This document shows, in pieces, positions 12,569 to 26,133 of a stretch of 64,000 nt of DNA (positions within the stretch are counted from its first letter, which is position 1; the number at the start of each line of letters is the position of its first letter). A program made the position numbers and the translations under genes. Source of the stretch: Octopus sinensis (lineage: Eukaryota); assembly GCF_006345805.1 (NCBI RefSeq), contig NC_043016.1, positions 14,012,001-14,076,000 on the forward strand, in the 5' to 3' direction. Under the pieces are notes generated by a model. It made no database searches and had not been told where the DNA came from. It saw only the letters and a list, made by a program, of their open reading frames with translations.

Positions 12569-12654
12569 ATATATATATATATATTATATGTTATATATAT
12601 ATATATATGTTATATATATATATATATATAGTTATATATATATATTATATATGT

Positions 12655-12692
<38 letters not shown>

Positions 12693-13585
12693 AGCTGCTT
12701 TCAGGTTCTGTGTACCAAATCCACAAACAAGGCTTTGGTCAGCACAGGACTAGAGTAGGTGACATTTGCCAAACATGCTACACAATGAGACTGAACCTGG
12801 GACCATGTGGTCAAGAAGCAAACTTCTTACCACACAGCCATGCCTGCACCTATTTTAAATTAAATAAAAATTCTAACATACTACTTTATTGAAGAAATTA
12901 TAATTATTTAATTACCAATTCATTTTTTTTTTTCAAAGCCAATTTTCCTATTCAATTATTCATTTCTTGCATTTTTTTTATGGGTTGAAATTTCTCTTCA
13001 GAGCAATTACTTTATACTTTTATTTGCCATTTGTGGGAGCTTTCTGATGGCCAGGATATTTTTTTTTTAATGACCACACGTTTTTCTGAGAAGTTGTTAC
13101 ATATTTTGACTTTTGTTTTGACTGAATTCATTCGCAGAGAATGAACTCAAGATGTAGATGTGATATTCTGATATTCTGTGTGAACATAGCAGTATATATA
13201 AGGATATTCATACTAAGTGAACATTGCTTTATATAAGCACTAAACTTTTCAGACTTAGCAAATACAGTGATACCTCGCAGTACAAGTTTAATTTATTCCA
13301 TGACTGAGCTTGTCTTACGATTTACTCATTCTACAAATCAATTTTCCCCTTTGAAATTAACTAAAATATAATTAATTCATTCCAGCCCCCAAAAGACACT
13401 AAAAAATAATCTTCTGTGGATTTTAAAACAAAAAAGGTGTAGTTACAAGTAAAATCACAATTATAAAAAAAAGAATGCATAAGAAATACATAAACTGGTT
13501 TTGGGGGTTGTGTTCTATGCCTTGACCTGAGCATAGAACGGGGCTTGCTCCTTTGAGCTGGGAAATGAATGGAATGCCTCTCTCT

Positions 13586-13992
13586 CTCTTTTACTCTTTT
13601 ACTTGTTTCAGTCATTTGACTGCGGCCATGCTGGAGCACCGCCTTTTAATCGAGCAACTCGACCCCGGGACTTATTCTTTCTGTAAGCCCAATACTTATT
13701 CTATCGGTCTCTTTTGCCGAACTGCTAAGTGACGGGGACGTAAACATACCAGCATCGGTTGTCAAGCAATGCTAGGGGGACAAACACAGACACACAAACA
13801 CACACATGCATATATATATACATATATACGACGGGCTTCTTTCAGTTTCCCTCTACCAAATCCACTCACAAGGCTTTGGTCGGCCCGATGCTATAGTAGA
13901 AGACACTTGCCCAAGGTGCCACGCAGTGGGACTGAACCCGGAACCATGTGGTTGGTAAGCAAGCTACTTACCACACAGCCACTCCTGCACCT
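13586..13992 (-). mobile_element. tRNA-derived CORE-like SINE, family A
   Basis: A box TGGCTGTGTGG, B box GGTTCAGTCCC, CORE-like CCTTGGGCAAGTGTCTT, tail GCAGTCAAATGACTGAAACAAGTAAAAGA. Confidence 0.9.
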
Positions 13993-14637
13993 AGTGTGTG
14001 TCTTGCCACCTAAGGAAAAATGGGAATAGGCCTGGGTATATGATATGATATGATTATTAATGAATTACCTTAAAGATGGGATGATTTGTGTGCTCATATT
14101 ATGGATTTCCGCTTGTACTTCAAGACAATAATTTGCATGAGTCTCAGCTCACACAGTAAATTACTTGTACTGTGAGGTCCTACTGTAATTTAAAGTAATA
14201 TTCTTTGTTATGATTATCTATAGTCTTACAAGTATTGATAATTGCCTCTGCAATTCCATACTCTTCTTATAATTCACTCACATCAAGATCTCAAATATTA
14301 CAGGCTGTGACTACATCACAGAAGGTAGGGAATTTGTTACAAAAACTGCTTTCCAAGAAGTTATATCTGTCACAGAAAGTAATGAATTCTGCTTTACATT
14401 TTTTTAGATGCATCTAGAGTATTCCGAGTAAGGTTGGTGCTTGCTGCAAACCAAAAATAAAAGCGAAAAGTCCTTTGTTCTTCTCTCATGTTTGTCTTTT
14501 AGTTCAGCCATTAGCTTAAATATTGAAATAATGAAGAAAGACGTGGCTTGTAGTGCTTCAAAACTGAGAATGATTTATAAGTGTAACTAAGTAAGAAGAA
14601 AGAAACTCTTGGTAATTCAGACATTTTCTTCATCTCT

Positions 14638-14867
14638 TTAACCCTTTCGTTACTGTATTTATTTTGAGATGCTCTGTGTTTCTTCCAGTTATTTTAAATA
14701 TAACAAAGAATTTAGTAAAAGAATTTAGCAAAATAACATCGTTATCATTAGGAACATAAATTGTGACTAAGATTTGGTGAAGATTTGAATTTAAAACTTA
14801 TGAAAACAAGACATTTATACTAAAGACCCAGAGCTGGTTTCAGCCGGGTTGGTAACGAAAGGGTTAA
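14638..14867 (-). mobile_element. piggyBac-like MITE, family 1
   Basis: Perfect 12-bp TIR CCCTTTCGTTAC / GTAACGAAAGGG with TTAA on both sides. Confidence 0.9.
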
Positions 14868-16817
14868 AGTTCACCCATAGTGCATTGAGCTCTGAAAACT
14901 GCATTCCAGGACTCCCCAGCATTTAAGTATTTCATCATTTGATGCAAAAAGAGAAAGACAACCATTGAGTTACAATACAAGATGACAATTATCAACATCT
15001 ACAAGTTCACAAAATTTGCCTTCAGCTGAGACACTTAAAAGATTGTACACTGATCAAAACCAATTCCTGTTTTTCCAAGTCAAATCTCAGAACATTGTGC
15101 AAAATAATGGTTTGACAGTTTGCAAGAATAAATGTCCTTTTGAACTATTTTCAATTTTTGACAAATGCTGATGCATTTTCTTTAGTTTGTAAAACTTGCA
15201 TTGTCGTTGGATACTTTATCTAGATGTGATATTACTAATTAAATTAAATCAATTTGTCATCACTAATTAGATTAATGGCCAATTTGTCATTTCCGTTTGA
15301 TGATTCACTGCCGTACAAATCACATAAAACATCACATGCTGCACATCCTTTTTAAAACGGATGCGTCTCTGAAGGACTGAGAAATTCTTTGTTGCATTTT
15401 TGCTTGATGCATCAATTCCTACTGAAGGGAGCAAACCATACTCTTTGATATATTCCATAGGATTTTATACAGAAGGCTAGTGCTGGAATATTTTCTTCAC
15501 ACAGAACTTTTGCATTAGTGGTCCCACATCTTACACTTTTCACAATCTCTGAATCACTGCACATTCCTATGTCAACTTTTCTGTGTAAATGATGACGTTT
15601 CATAGAATAGTTTCACTTCACACATCCAAGATTTTGTCATCTTTAGTTGATTAAGCTGGGACAAACAATCGTGAAAATAGCAACATACAAACAACACAAG
15701 TGATAACTTTATTACCTGTCATACTATGTCGCTCACCTTCACTCTTTCCTGTATCAACAATTTCCACATGACAATGGCTTCATTTTTAAAAAGACTATAT
15801 TTGCCTTATTTTGTTACTAATATAGAGCAGTAAAAGTTTGGTGTTAATATCTTAAAAACTGAGGTATACTAAAGCTGGATGCCTGGTAGTTATAATTTGG
15901 GGGTCTCCAAAAAGGGGAAAACACTTGGCTAAAGATGTCAATAAACAGGTTAGGATGCTTGGAACTACACTGTCAGATCTTAAGCTGGAAGTTTAACTAC
16001 TCCAACATAAGCCTTTTGTTATTGTAATGTATCTAGTTATTTAGTCAAATATTAATTATAATAATAACAAAAAGTTTTAATTGATTTTCTTTCTTCTGCT
16101 AGCTTATTATGTATTCTCAGAGAATTTATGGTGGTAATAGTGTTTTTTGATGTCTATTTTTTTAGTGCTTGGTGAGACACAAGCCAGGCCCTTGTTATAA
16201 TTATAAAATAGTTATTTAGTCATATATATTTATAGCTACCACTCCTATATAATTATTTATCAACTTCGTTTAGTCATCTACTACTTGTAAGACAAATGTT
16301 TAAATAACTTTACTTGACACAAGAATTTTGCAACTTAATCTATCAAAAATTAAGCTCATTCCCAACTCATTATTTTAATATTTGGTCATCTGAAGTTTCA
16401 GAGTTCTCTCCCTTATCCACTTTTAGTTGAATCTTTAATGTTAATGAGTTTTCTCATTAAGAATATATAAATTCAATTGATTAAAAATTATTTTGGTCCC
16501 TATTTTAAATACGTTTACCCATACTTAACTATATTTTCTTCAAGCAGAAGGCTTCCTTCAGAAATTTTACATATTTTGCATTTCATTTCATTTGAAAGGA
16601 TACAATAAATTAAATATATAAAACAGTGACTAATTTGAGAATGGATTAAATATTGATAAAAATGTTTTGACTAAGTGCCAACACTTTTTCAAAGTCAAGA
16701 AATACTGTGCATTTGAAGTAAGATAGCTTTAGAGAAGAATCAAAGCAATTATATCGTGAATTAGAGTCTTATTTCATATTGCTCATTGCAGATATTTGAA
16801 ATGGTCAAAAGAGTGCT

Positions 16818-17031
16818 TTAATCCTTTTGCCAGAGATCAACCTTGGTTCCCTGATAGAAATTACCTGTTATAAATTTACCTAAATTAAAGCATTCCACCA
16901 AGATTTCATATTAATTAACATTCCAAACACCAGCTTAATAATAACCAAATTATTTTACTAAACTCTTTATTATTTTCAGAATAAACTTAAATAAAAGGTT
17001 TTAACAGAAATAAGGTAATAAAAGAGTTCAG
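16818..17031 (+). mobile_element. Diverged piggyBac-like MITE, family 1-related
   Basis: Starts TTAATCCTTTTG; internal similarity to family 1 (TTCCACCAAG, CACCAGCTTAAT, TTATTTTACTAAA); degenerate right end. Confidence 0.55.
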
Positions 17032-17888
17032 ATAAAATGATATATGCAAGATTTCCCCTTCAGATGTGAAACTATCTACAAACTATAAATGATAGTAAGG
17101 AAGATAGAATTTTAATATCTAATTACAATTAAAAATGCAAGTCAATGATTTTGCCCCCATTTATTTTAATCAAAATGTTCTGATTAAAATGTCCCATAAT
17201 TTTTATGCAGATAGGATTTGATATAAACATCTTTATCTTCCATCATAATTCCATTCACATCAAAGATCAGATACAGTTATACAATAGAAACCCTTCAACT
17301 TGGGCAGATTCTTCCACATTCTATACATGGCAGTAAACACCTCCAGTGGATCACTCATTACTGCATTTCAAAAAGCAAGAACGCAGTATGTAATGTCTTG
17401 AAAAAAATGGCCCATCCCTATAAGCAAGACAGATTTTAGTCAGTAATGCAACTCCTTCAAGACAAGCATCCAAAATGTGAACGATTCAGTTGTGCATTAT
17501 TCAGCCCACAAGCTTTCCTGCCTTTCAAATTGCAGCTTTTAATCTCTTGCCAAAAGGATATCTACCGATTTTGTGGGATCCTCATAATAATTTTGTAAGG
17601 AATATTTCCAGAGAAAGTCCCAACATTTGCTACCTACTTTACATGTACCTAACAACACTACATATACCAGATAAATCTTCCCCAAACTATCCCCCTACAC
17701 AGTTAAGTTCACTACCACTTACACCAAAAGCAAAAACAATTGCATTTCAATGCAACAGGGCCACCAGCCCTAACAATATTCTTTCAATAACCCTCAAACA
17801 ATATGTATCACATCTAGCACTTATCCTTGGCCAGCAAGCTTTTCAGTCTCTCTACAGAGACATATCTGGATTTTTGGAAACATTCGTA

Positions 17889-18256
17889 TATTTACATTTG
17901 ACGGATATTTCTCCTCATCTTGTTTGTTGTTAACACATTTCGACTGATATACCCTCCAGCCTTCATCAGGTGTCTTGGGGAAATTTTAAACCTGGGTTCT
18001 CATTCCTAAGGTATTTTTTGATGTTATTCAAGTTACTGCCTGGAATCTTGAGGTTAGTAGCCCACGCTCTTAATCAATACACCATATGCCCATGGGTATA
18101 TGACCTGAATAATAATAACATCGAAAAATACCTTGGGAATGAGAACCCAGGTTTGAAATTTCCCCAAGATACCTTAAGAAGCCTGGAGGGTATATCAGCT
18201 GAAATGTTGTGTTAACAGCAAACAAGATGAGGACAAATATCCACCAAATGTAAATA
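17889..18256. repeat. Fold-back element with about 150-bp arms, tRNA-like spacer and hammerhead-like motifs in both arms
   Basis: 17889-18040 is the reverse complement of about 18114-18256; CUGAUGA-stem-GAAA on the minus strand at 17938-17969 and a degenerate copy at 18173-18204. Confidence 0.9.
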
Positions 18257-18289
18257 ATTCCTCACCTCTTAAATATAGAACTGTATACT

Positions 18290-19200
18290 TTAGTATAGCC
18301 TGTTCCAAAAGAAGTCAACGCTTCTGATCCTGCAAACTGAAGTTGATGGAAATTGCCGTCAACCTTCTGTTATTCTGAATCCTTCTTCTTCTTTAATGAC
18401 CATTAGTATGTAGGTTTTTATAAAGTCAGATCCATTGGAGACCTGTTGTCCAGTGTTACTACCAGTGGGCTCTTGCCCCTCAAGAAATTTGGCAGAAACA
18501 GTGTTATTGCACGAGATTTGAGCAGAGCATTTGATCAGGTGTGGCAAGTAAATCTCCTAGCAAACCTGGTTGCCCGTGCGGTTCAACCAGTTTCTTATAT
18601 CAGTGACTTCTATTAAGCTGCAGCTTCATGGGATATGCAGAAGTAGACCAATGAGCTGCATTCTTTTAACTCCGCAGTAATTCAACGTTCAATTCTATCT
18701 CCTCTCAAACATTCTTTCCTACCCATCAATGGCCTACTTGCTATCACTTCCAACAATCACTACACATATCAAGAAAACAATTATTTACAACTAGAATCTT
18801 CCATGTTTTACAAGTACTAGGCCTCACTATCATCGCTGAAGGTCTCTGCTGGAGAATACATTACCCTCAACAAAGACTAGGCTTTCTTTCTGGGGGAAAA
18901 TAAAAAAATACATCAGCCCTCTAACTACTTATCTCTTAAAATGGGAGTGCTGCTTCCACCTCTCGGATGGTGCTACTGTCAGTACACACACAGACATCAA
19001 AAGAAAGGTCCATCTACTCGAGTGATTGGCATGAAGGTTGCATGCAAACATACTCCAATACCCAACTTGTATCTTATCTTACCTGGATAGCCTTGTACTA
19101 CCTCCGTTATTCATTTTGTCAATCTCAATCCCTCTTTTCCAGATCACTCCTCATTCATTCCCCAATAGATATCAACTTGTAATTGTTCACTAACATTATC
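18290..19200 (+). mobile_element. Decayed CR1/L2-group LINE, RT region
   Basis: Frameshifted DLSRAFDQVWQVNLLANL, NSAVIQRSILSPL (GVPQGSVLSP-like) and SDPAN (DPSNYRPI-like); 17400-17880 may be its upstream part. Confidence 0.6.
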
Positions 19201-22070
19201 TGCACCAATATAAATTAATCCGATTTGTGTGGTACTTTATCAACATGGGAACAATAAATGAGCGAAACTGATTTTGGAGGGACCTATACACAAAATATGA
19301 CAAGAACATAAACCAGCACCTAATGATTTAGCTAATCTACCACTTTAATCACTGCAGTGAATACTTGATAGAATCAATCGTAAGATGACAGTAGTATTTA
19401 TTTTGTTAATGCCAGAGAGATGTAGAATGACGACAACTACAAGTGAAATAATGAAAACCATCTAAACAATGCTTTGTTTCTGCCACCATTTTGCTATTTT
19501 TGTAAGAATTGTGCAAGAGGAATGGTTCAATGTGAAAATCCAAATTCCATGTTTTAGCTGCTTTCATTTTGTGTGAGAGAGGAGGGAAAGAACTGCAAAA
19601 TGTCTGATTCTTGATTCTTAACAAAATCTTACATGAAAAGTAGATAAAATGAGAATCATTAATATATTTAGAACTTATTCTATCAACTTTCATGGAATTT
19701 GTATATAAAATATGAAGAGATGAAATCTAGCTATTTCTCAACATGATTATTTTTTTTTTTTACCTTTTTTATCAAAAAGAATGAAGGACTAACTCTGAAT
19801 TTAATAATGTAGTACCAAACGATGTTGACACTAAATAATATATCAGTAGAACAAACAATATTAAAGCTGATTTTGTTATGATCTTTAAGCAAAGCATCTA
19901 TTCTAAACACACCGAAATATTATCCCAATCACTTCACCTACAAGGAATAACAGTCAATTTTCCCATTTGACATTTGTGACAAGAATTCCTCTGATCACAA
20001 ACCACTTCAATCAAGACTAAACAACAAAGCAAAAAACAAACTTGCGATGGTTAATGTCTCCTCTCACAGCACACAAACTTATTTTACAAACTTCAAAGCA
20101 TCCAAGTTAGCTGCAAACAAAGTGAAAGATTTGTTATTTGCCTCAAAATGACAGGTCATAGATGCAAGAACCAAATATTTTCTAGCAGTATCTTTAGACC
20201 AAATCATCCAAACAGAATCCATACTGCTCTTCAAGTTATATGTTGAAATCTGCAAAGCAAAATGTTACTTGGCAATCTATGTGAATGTGGTTTCCTTTTT
20301 TTTTTCTTTCCAATCACTTTCTGTAAACCTGTTCATTTCAACGAGCAATTCCAGTTGTTTGAATAACTACAAACCAATTGAATTACATTGTACATATCTG
20401 AGCATTTCACATTTCTACACCATTAATATAATAATGCCCAGACAGAATCAGCGACAAGGCTGATCTTTTTTTCAAGTAGAAGTACAATTCATTCAATGGG
20501 TTTCTATTTACCCAATTTTACTGACAAAGCATGGGTTAAACCCTAGACAATGGTAAAAGAGAATTGCCCAACATACCAAGCAGTGGAATTGAACCCAGGA
20601 TGAAATGACAGCAAAGCAAACCTTTTGACTTGACTATGTCTGATAAAGTAAGTGAATTGTCATTTCAGATTTAAACATTGTTCACTACACTATGCAAATG
20701 ACAAAATATAAATTACTAATAGGGCAGCAAAATGATTGTCTGTTGCTCTACCGCCCAGGCCCAGCCCTTTGCATTCTGTGCCCAAGATGGATTTACCTGT
20801 ATATTTTAGACAAGTCATACGATTGAGTCACCCTGTGTACCTTAGACAAAACCAACAACACAAGTAAACCAGATCAACCTCATCAAGTGCAGCTACTACT
20901 TTGAAATTTGATTTGCTAGTTTCAGGAAACTTTAAGAACTACGAGTCTATATTTTTTTCTAAATATTGAATAGATTAAGAAAGGACCTTTTGGTAATTTG
21001 TTTGTGCAACAGGAGACAGACCAAACCAACTGGAATGAATATCAAAACATGGAAAGAAAAATCCACCAAAAAAACAAACAAGAAAAAGCCAATGTTAACA
21101 GGAGTACACAGGATTGATAAAATGAAAAGCAAAGTCAAACCTGACAAAATCTGCAGTCCAAACATTAAGAGACATAACTAAAATCCACAAAGCAATCGTT
21201 TGTCATGCTATTGATTTCCAACTTAAGAGCAAAACCACAACTTTTTAGTGGTAGGGAACAGCCGATTACCTTTCATCTTTCCTGGGTTGATTTTAAAGCT
21301 GACCTCAGAAGAGATGCAAGTAAATACTGACACTACCAACTCTGCTGTCATCAGTTTAAAAGATATGGCCGGGTAAAACCTGAAGTAAATTTAATAAAAC
21401 TACAAATTTACATAGTATCAAATCTTCAACAGAATAAAAAAAAAAAGACACGAGTAAAATAATGAGATCATAGTTTACTTGCCACTAATTCTTATGAAAG
21501 TGCAGTGTTTTAACATCTAGTCATCACTAAATACTTTTTGAAGGGTACCCAACTATAAACTAAAAAATCCAAGCAAAATAAAAAATAATTCCTTGGAAAC
21601 AAGACTTCCAAATCTGCACATCTAAGGGGACCAAGCAACTCTGAATAAAAACTAATACAAGGTAGAAGGGACAAGTTCTTTAATGTTAGTGGTGTAGTGA
21701 AAATGCACTCAATCCATATTGTATAGTGTGATGAGCATTTCACGATTAGAAAAACTGACATATGCAACAAAGACTCATGGTTTTCTGTTGCTACATGCTT
21801 GATGACTAAAGACTAGTGAGTTATACTACTGGGAAACCAGTCTAATGCATACCAGCATGGAAAAAAAACTCTGGACAATAAATGATAAATCTGAAGATAG
21901 TTCATTAAAATGGATAACCAAACCACTAATTTTGCTACCAAGCTGACACGTGACTATGAAATAACAGTTGATTTGGATCTAACCACAAATCATACATTGA
22001 TCAGATTAGCTAAAGTTGAATTTAATTTTAGTAATACTCCAGGGACTGTAGTTTGTAAAATGTAGATACA

Positions 22071-23009
22071 TTAACCCTTTCGTGACCAACCCAGCTGAAA
22101 CCGCCTCTGGCTTTATAGTACAAATGTCTTGTTTTCATTAGTTTTGAATTCAAATCTTCCACCAAACCTTAGTCACAATTTATGTCCCTAACACTAGCTG
22201 AAAGATAGCTAAGTTATATTTAAAGTAATTGAAAGAAACAGAGAGCATCTCAACAGAAATACAGTAACAAAAGGGTCAAGGAGACGTGTTAAGTATTTAG
22301 GCAAGGCCATTATTAAATAAAGCAATTTAGACAATGTTATACTTTAAAAATTTAAATGAAAAAATTGGAAGCTCAAAAGCAAAATCAATTAGATTAGCTT
22401 ATAACAATTACATGTTCACAACTTGAATTATTGGCTACTTCTCAAAGAGTTTTTCAGTATTCATCTCACTCACAAGAGGTACATTGTACTATAACGGTAT
22501 CTACCACTAGTTTTGTTTTGCCCTTACAAAACTCACATTTTAACCCATTTGTTACCAACCCGGCTCTGGCTCTGAGTACAAATGTCTTGTTTTCATAAGT
22601 TTGGAATTAAAATCTGCCACCAAACCTCAGTCATAATTTATGTTCCTAACACTAGCTTATTGATAACTAAGTTATTTTACTAAATTCTGTGTCATATTTA
22701 AAATTAATTGAAAGAAACACAGAGCATCTCAACAGAAATATGGTAACAAAAGGGTTAAAATATATAATAGAGAAACAATTCTTAACCCTTTTGATACCAA
22801 CCTGGCTGAAACCACCTCTGGCTCTGAGTACAAATGTCTTGTTTTCATAAGTTTTGTATTAAAATCTGTCACCAAACCTTAACCACAATTTATGTTCCTA
22901 ACATTAGCTTAATAGTAACTAAGTTATTTTACTAAATCCTTTGTTATACTTAAAGTAATTGAAAGAAACACAGAGCATCTCAAAATAAATACAGTAACGA
23001 AAGGGTTAA
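22071..23009 (+). mobile_element. Three near-tandem piggyBac-like MITEs, family 1 (22071-22279, 22540-22758, 22782-23009)
   Basis: Each is bounded by TTAACCC(T/A)TTT ... AAAGGGTTAA (TCAA in the first) with a shared body of about 220 bp. Confidence 0.9.
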
Positions 23010-25821
23010 GATGCTTATTTACTTAGTAATAGAGACCAACCCCAGCAGAGTACCACTAACAGTTATGTTTGGCAGTCTGTGCAAATATAACTGAATACTC
23101 TTACTTTACTGAAAGAAATATTGAAAGCCTAAAACCATGTCTTTTAGAATCAGAACTCAACAGCATTAACCAAGTTTCTTTTGAGGCCAGGAAGGATGGC
23201 TAATTATTTCTCCGGAAAAATGTGTGCTGCAAATGTCCCTTCATCAACTGATATAACATTCAGTTAAATAATTGCAATTGTTAATTTTATTTACGTTGTA
23301 AGCTAACTGAATAGTAAAAAACCAATGTCTCTCTGAGATGAAGTGACATATAGCAAACTATTTAAAAGTCTAGCTAATATAATTTGCAACATCTCTGCTC
23401 ATGCTGATGTATTTCGGGGGTCTTTTTTTTATAGCACATCAATCTCGATTTAAGCAGGCATACAATCAAAGTCTTTCTCACCATAAACATCTCATTTTTT
23501 TTAAAGAGTCTTGTCCACAACGTGATTAGGTTTCATGTACATCTTAACTTGCATATCTTAGCTGATCAAATATTGCTAGCTCAATTTTTAGCTTGCATCA
23601 GTGAACCAAGTATGATTCTAAAAGAGTCACTTGGCATCTTTACTATGGCTAAGCAGTTTTATCAAACTGTTTAAATATCCAAATATAATTTTAATACTAT
23701 TAAATTCAGCATAACTAATCAGTATGGATATTTGACATGACAGATTTTTATCGAATTAAAATTAACTCTGAAATAACGAACCAATTTTTAAAATTGATTT
23801 CAGAATTCATTTACTGCCAAGTCCACTGGATATCAACAGCATCAATGGAATTTTTTTTTTTACCAGAAAGGAAGAGAAAATAAAAAGGGTAAAAAAAAAG
23901 CTATATTTCAGCTACAAGTTGCATATCAAAAGACCATAGTTAATCTATTTCACCACGATAAATATACAAATATCTTAAAAATATGGAATTTAAAATTCCT
24001 ATTAATCAAGTCCAAACATTTATATTTTTAATTAAAAAAAATCTTAATTGATAAATGGAGAGATATATCCTACGAGAAGAAAAAGCAATTAGTTATGTGG
24101 TGAAAGAGTTAACTATTAAAAAATACCACAACCTGAATATTTGAAATTAGAATGATAATCTTTATTTAAAATGTTGGCAAAGAAAGTTTTGGAATGATTT
24201 TAGTACTATATCGACCAATATGGTTATATTATCTTCATGAAATAAAATTTCATAGAGACTAAGAGAAATTCAAAGAAAATTAAACTACTGGTAAGTATCG
24301 CATTTATTAACTGTAAAGAAAACGTCATTATAATTAACCAGTGCATGGATGTAAAAGCAGTTTTGGTATTAATTTCTTTATGGCCAACTATGCAGCATTT
24401 TCTTTGGAACAAATACCATTTTTCAAGTAAATTACATTCTAATGAGAAATATAAAATATGGCAAGAAATTAACAAGTGTGATCAAAAGCTGAAACAGTTA
24501 TAAACTTCTTCCAGTCAAAAATTTAATTTGTATGTAAACAGCAATCTTGAGGTTTTCAAAATTGAGAAATTTATTTTTCTTTAAATACATATGTACTTTT
24601 TGGTTTTTGTTTTTCAGCAAAGTACTGAAATACAAATGATTAGGGCGAAAATAGAAATAAATAAAGTGAAATAAAGAAGAAAATTCTAAAATTTGTAAGT
24701 GTCGAGAGAGATAGATAGGGAGGGATAGAGAAAGAGAGAACTGTTAACCACTGGTATTAAATTTCTGGTCCCAATCACAAGGTTTGCTATTATACATTTT
24801 GACAATAGAATAACAAATAGCATGTAATATTTAAATTATTTATTTTTCCAAACTTAGAATTACTAATAATCCTTTCAAACAGAATAAAATATAAATATAG
24901 TTTTAATTTCCTTAATTCCTTATTGCATACTCAGAATTAGAGACTTTTCAATAATTTCAATTACTTTCTAAGAGAAACATTTAATTTGAGGTCTGAAGCA
25001 AGGTATATTATATATATATATTTATATATATATAAATATACATACGTACATATATATAATGTAATTCTTTAGTTGCATTCAGTTAAACATTAACATAAGC
25101 CACAACAGTTTACCTGAAGCAACTAATAATTGAGAGAGAGAGAGGAGAACGAGGAAATTTCCTTCATAAAATGTATGCATATATATATATACACATATAT
25201 ATATATATATATATATATATGTGAGGGGAAGGGGAACTAATTAATATGCAGAACTATTTAATTTGTGTTAAGTCAACATTAAAATGTCAAACACAAAGAG
25301 ACAAATATCTATACAATTTCTTCAAGTTTTAAAAAATGGTCATCTACTCAAAATTTGCACATGTAATTTTATTTTTCATAGATATTGTGAAAGTTTGTGG
25401 GTAGCAATAAACAGAATAAAACCATCTGAATGAATGCAGAAAGCAAGATGAAATGTTCATTTCAAGAATGGATACTTCTTTAACAACTTGATGAAATAGG
25501 AAAAGCTGGCAAAAAATTAAACTGAACAGGCACTTCCAACAGACATTCCAAGTTTGGATGAAAAGTCAATTTCTCCTTAACCATTGTGGCGTAATATGAT
25601 AAATCAGAGAAAAAAAAAAGAAAAGAAACAAAACAAAAGATTGTTAGGAAAAGGTCCCTCTCGACAAAGTTATTAGATTGCATTTATATTTTCATGTCTC
25701 CCCAACTATGTATAAATTTACAATGATTGTTTGGGTTGTCTGTAGCTTGTTCAATCGTTTTGAAGCCTCAATTCGCCTTGCCTTCATGTTTTCATTTTTT
25801 TTCCGCAAGTTTTCCTTTTTC

Positions 25822-26019
25822 TCAGCAGCAACCCCCAGAAGAGGGCTTGACTGGAGTACTGCTGTTAATTTTGACATTCGATTTATTGTCCGAGGCAGAT
25901 GTAACCGGACCCATCCGGTTCTTTATCTCAGCAGCCATAGTCATGAAGGCTTGCTCAACATTAGTAGCATTTTTTGCACTAGTTTCCAGGAATGGAATAC
26001 CCAGTGAATCTGCATATTC
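25822..26019 (-). CDS. Rab1: Rab1 terminal coding exon ([25 protein letters not shown]...KPSSGGCC*)
   Basis: ttttattttag acceptor, G5 motif ETSAK, C-terminal GGCC prenylation motif, TGA stop. The seven exons sum to 618 nt = 205 aa plus stop. Confidence 0.98.
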   Translation of the reverse strand, partial: EYADSLGIPFLETSAKNATNVEQAFMTMAAEIKNRMGPVTSASDNKSNVKINSSTPVKPSSGGCC

Positions 26020-26133
26020 CTAAAATAAAAACAAAATATAATTATACAGTGGGGGGAAAAAAAGGACATTAGTATAATACATTTGATACAGAAGATTAAG
26101 TAAAACAGGTCAGTTGATTAAAAACGACTTTAC

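Noticed and set aside
12900-15800. Possible Mutator-like transposase relic on the minus strand (HTNHP-ending segment near 14.07 kb)
   Set aside because: Many stops, only vague motif resemblance and no TIRs; cannot be supported without a profile search.
18040-18113. Functional tRNA gene
   Set aside because: B box and acceptor stem are missing; tRNA-derived relic only. SINE heads were likewise not called as tRNAs.
23900-25821. Rab1 polyadenylation site
   Set aside because: Several AATAAA candidates on the minus strand (for example 24839, 24303, 24161); cannot choose without transcript data.
25678-26023. Plus-strand ORFs of 98-109 aa
   Set aside because: Antisense shadows of the last Rab1 exon; no independent coding signal.
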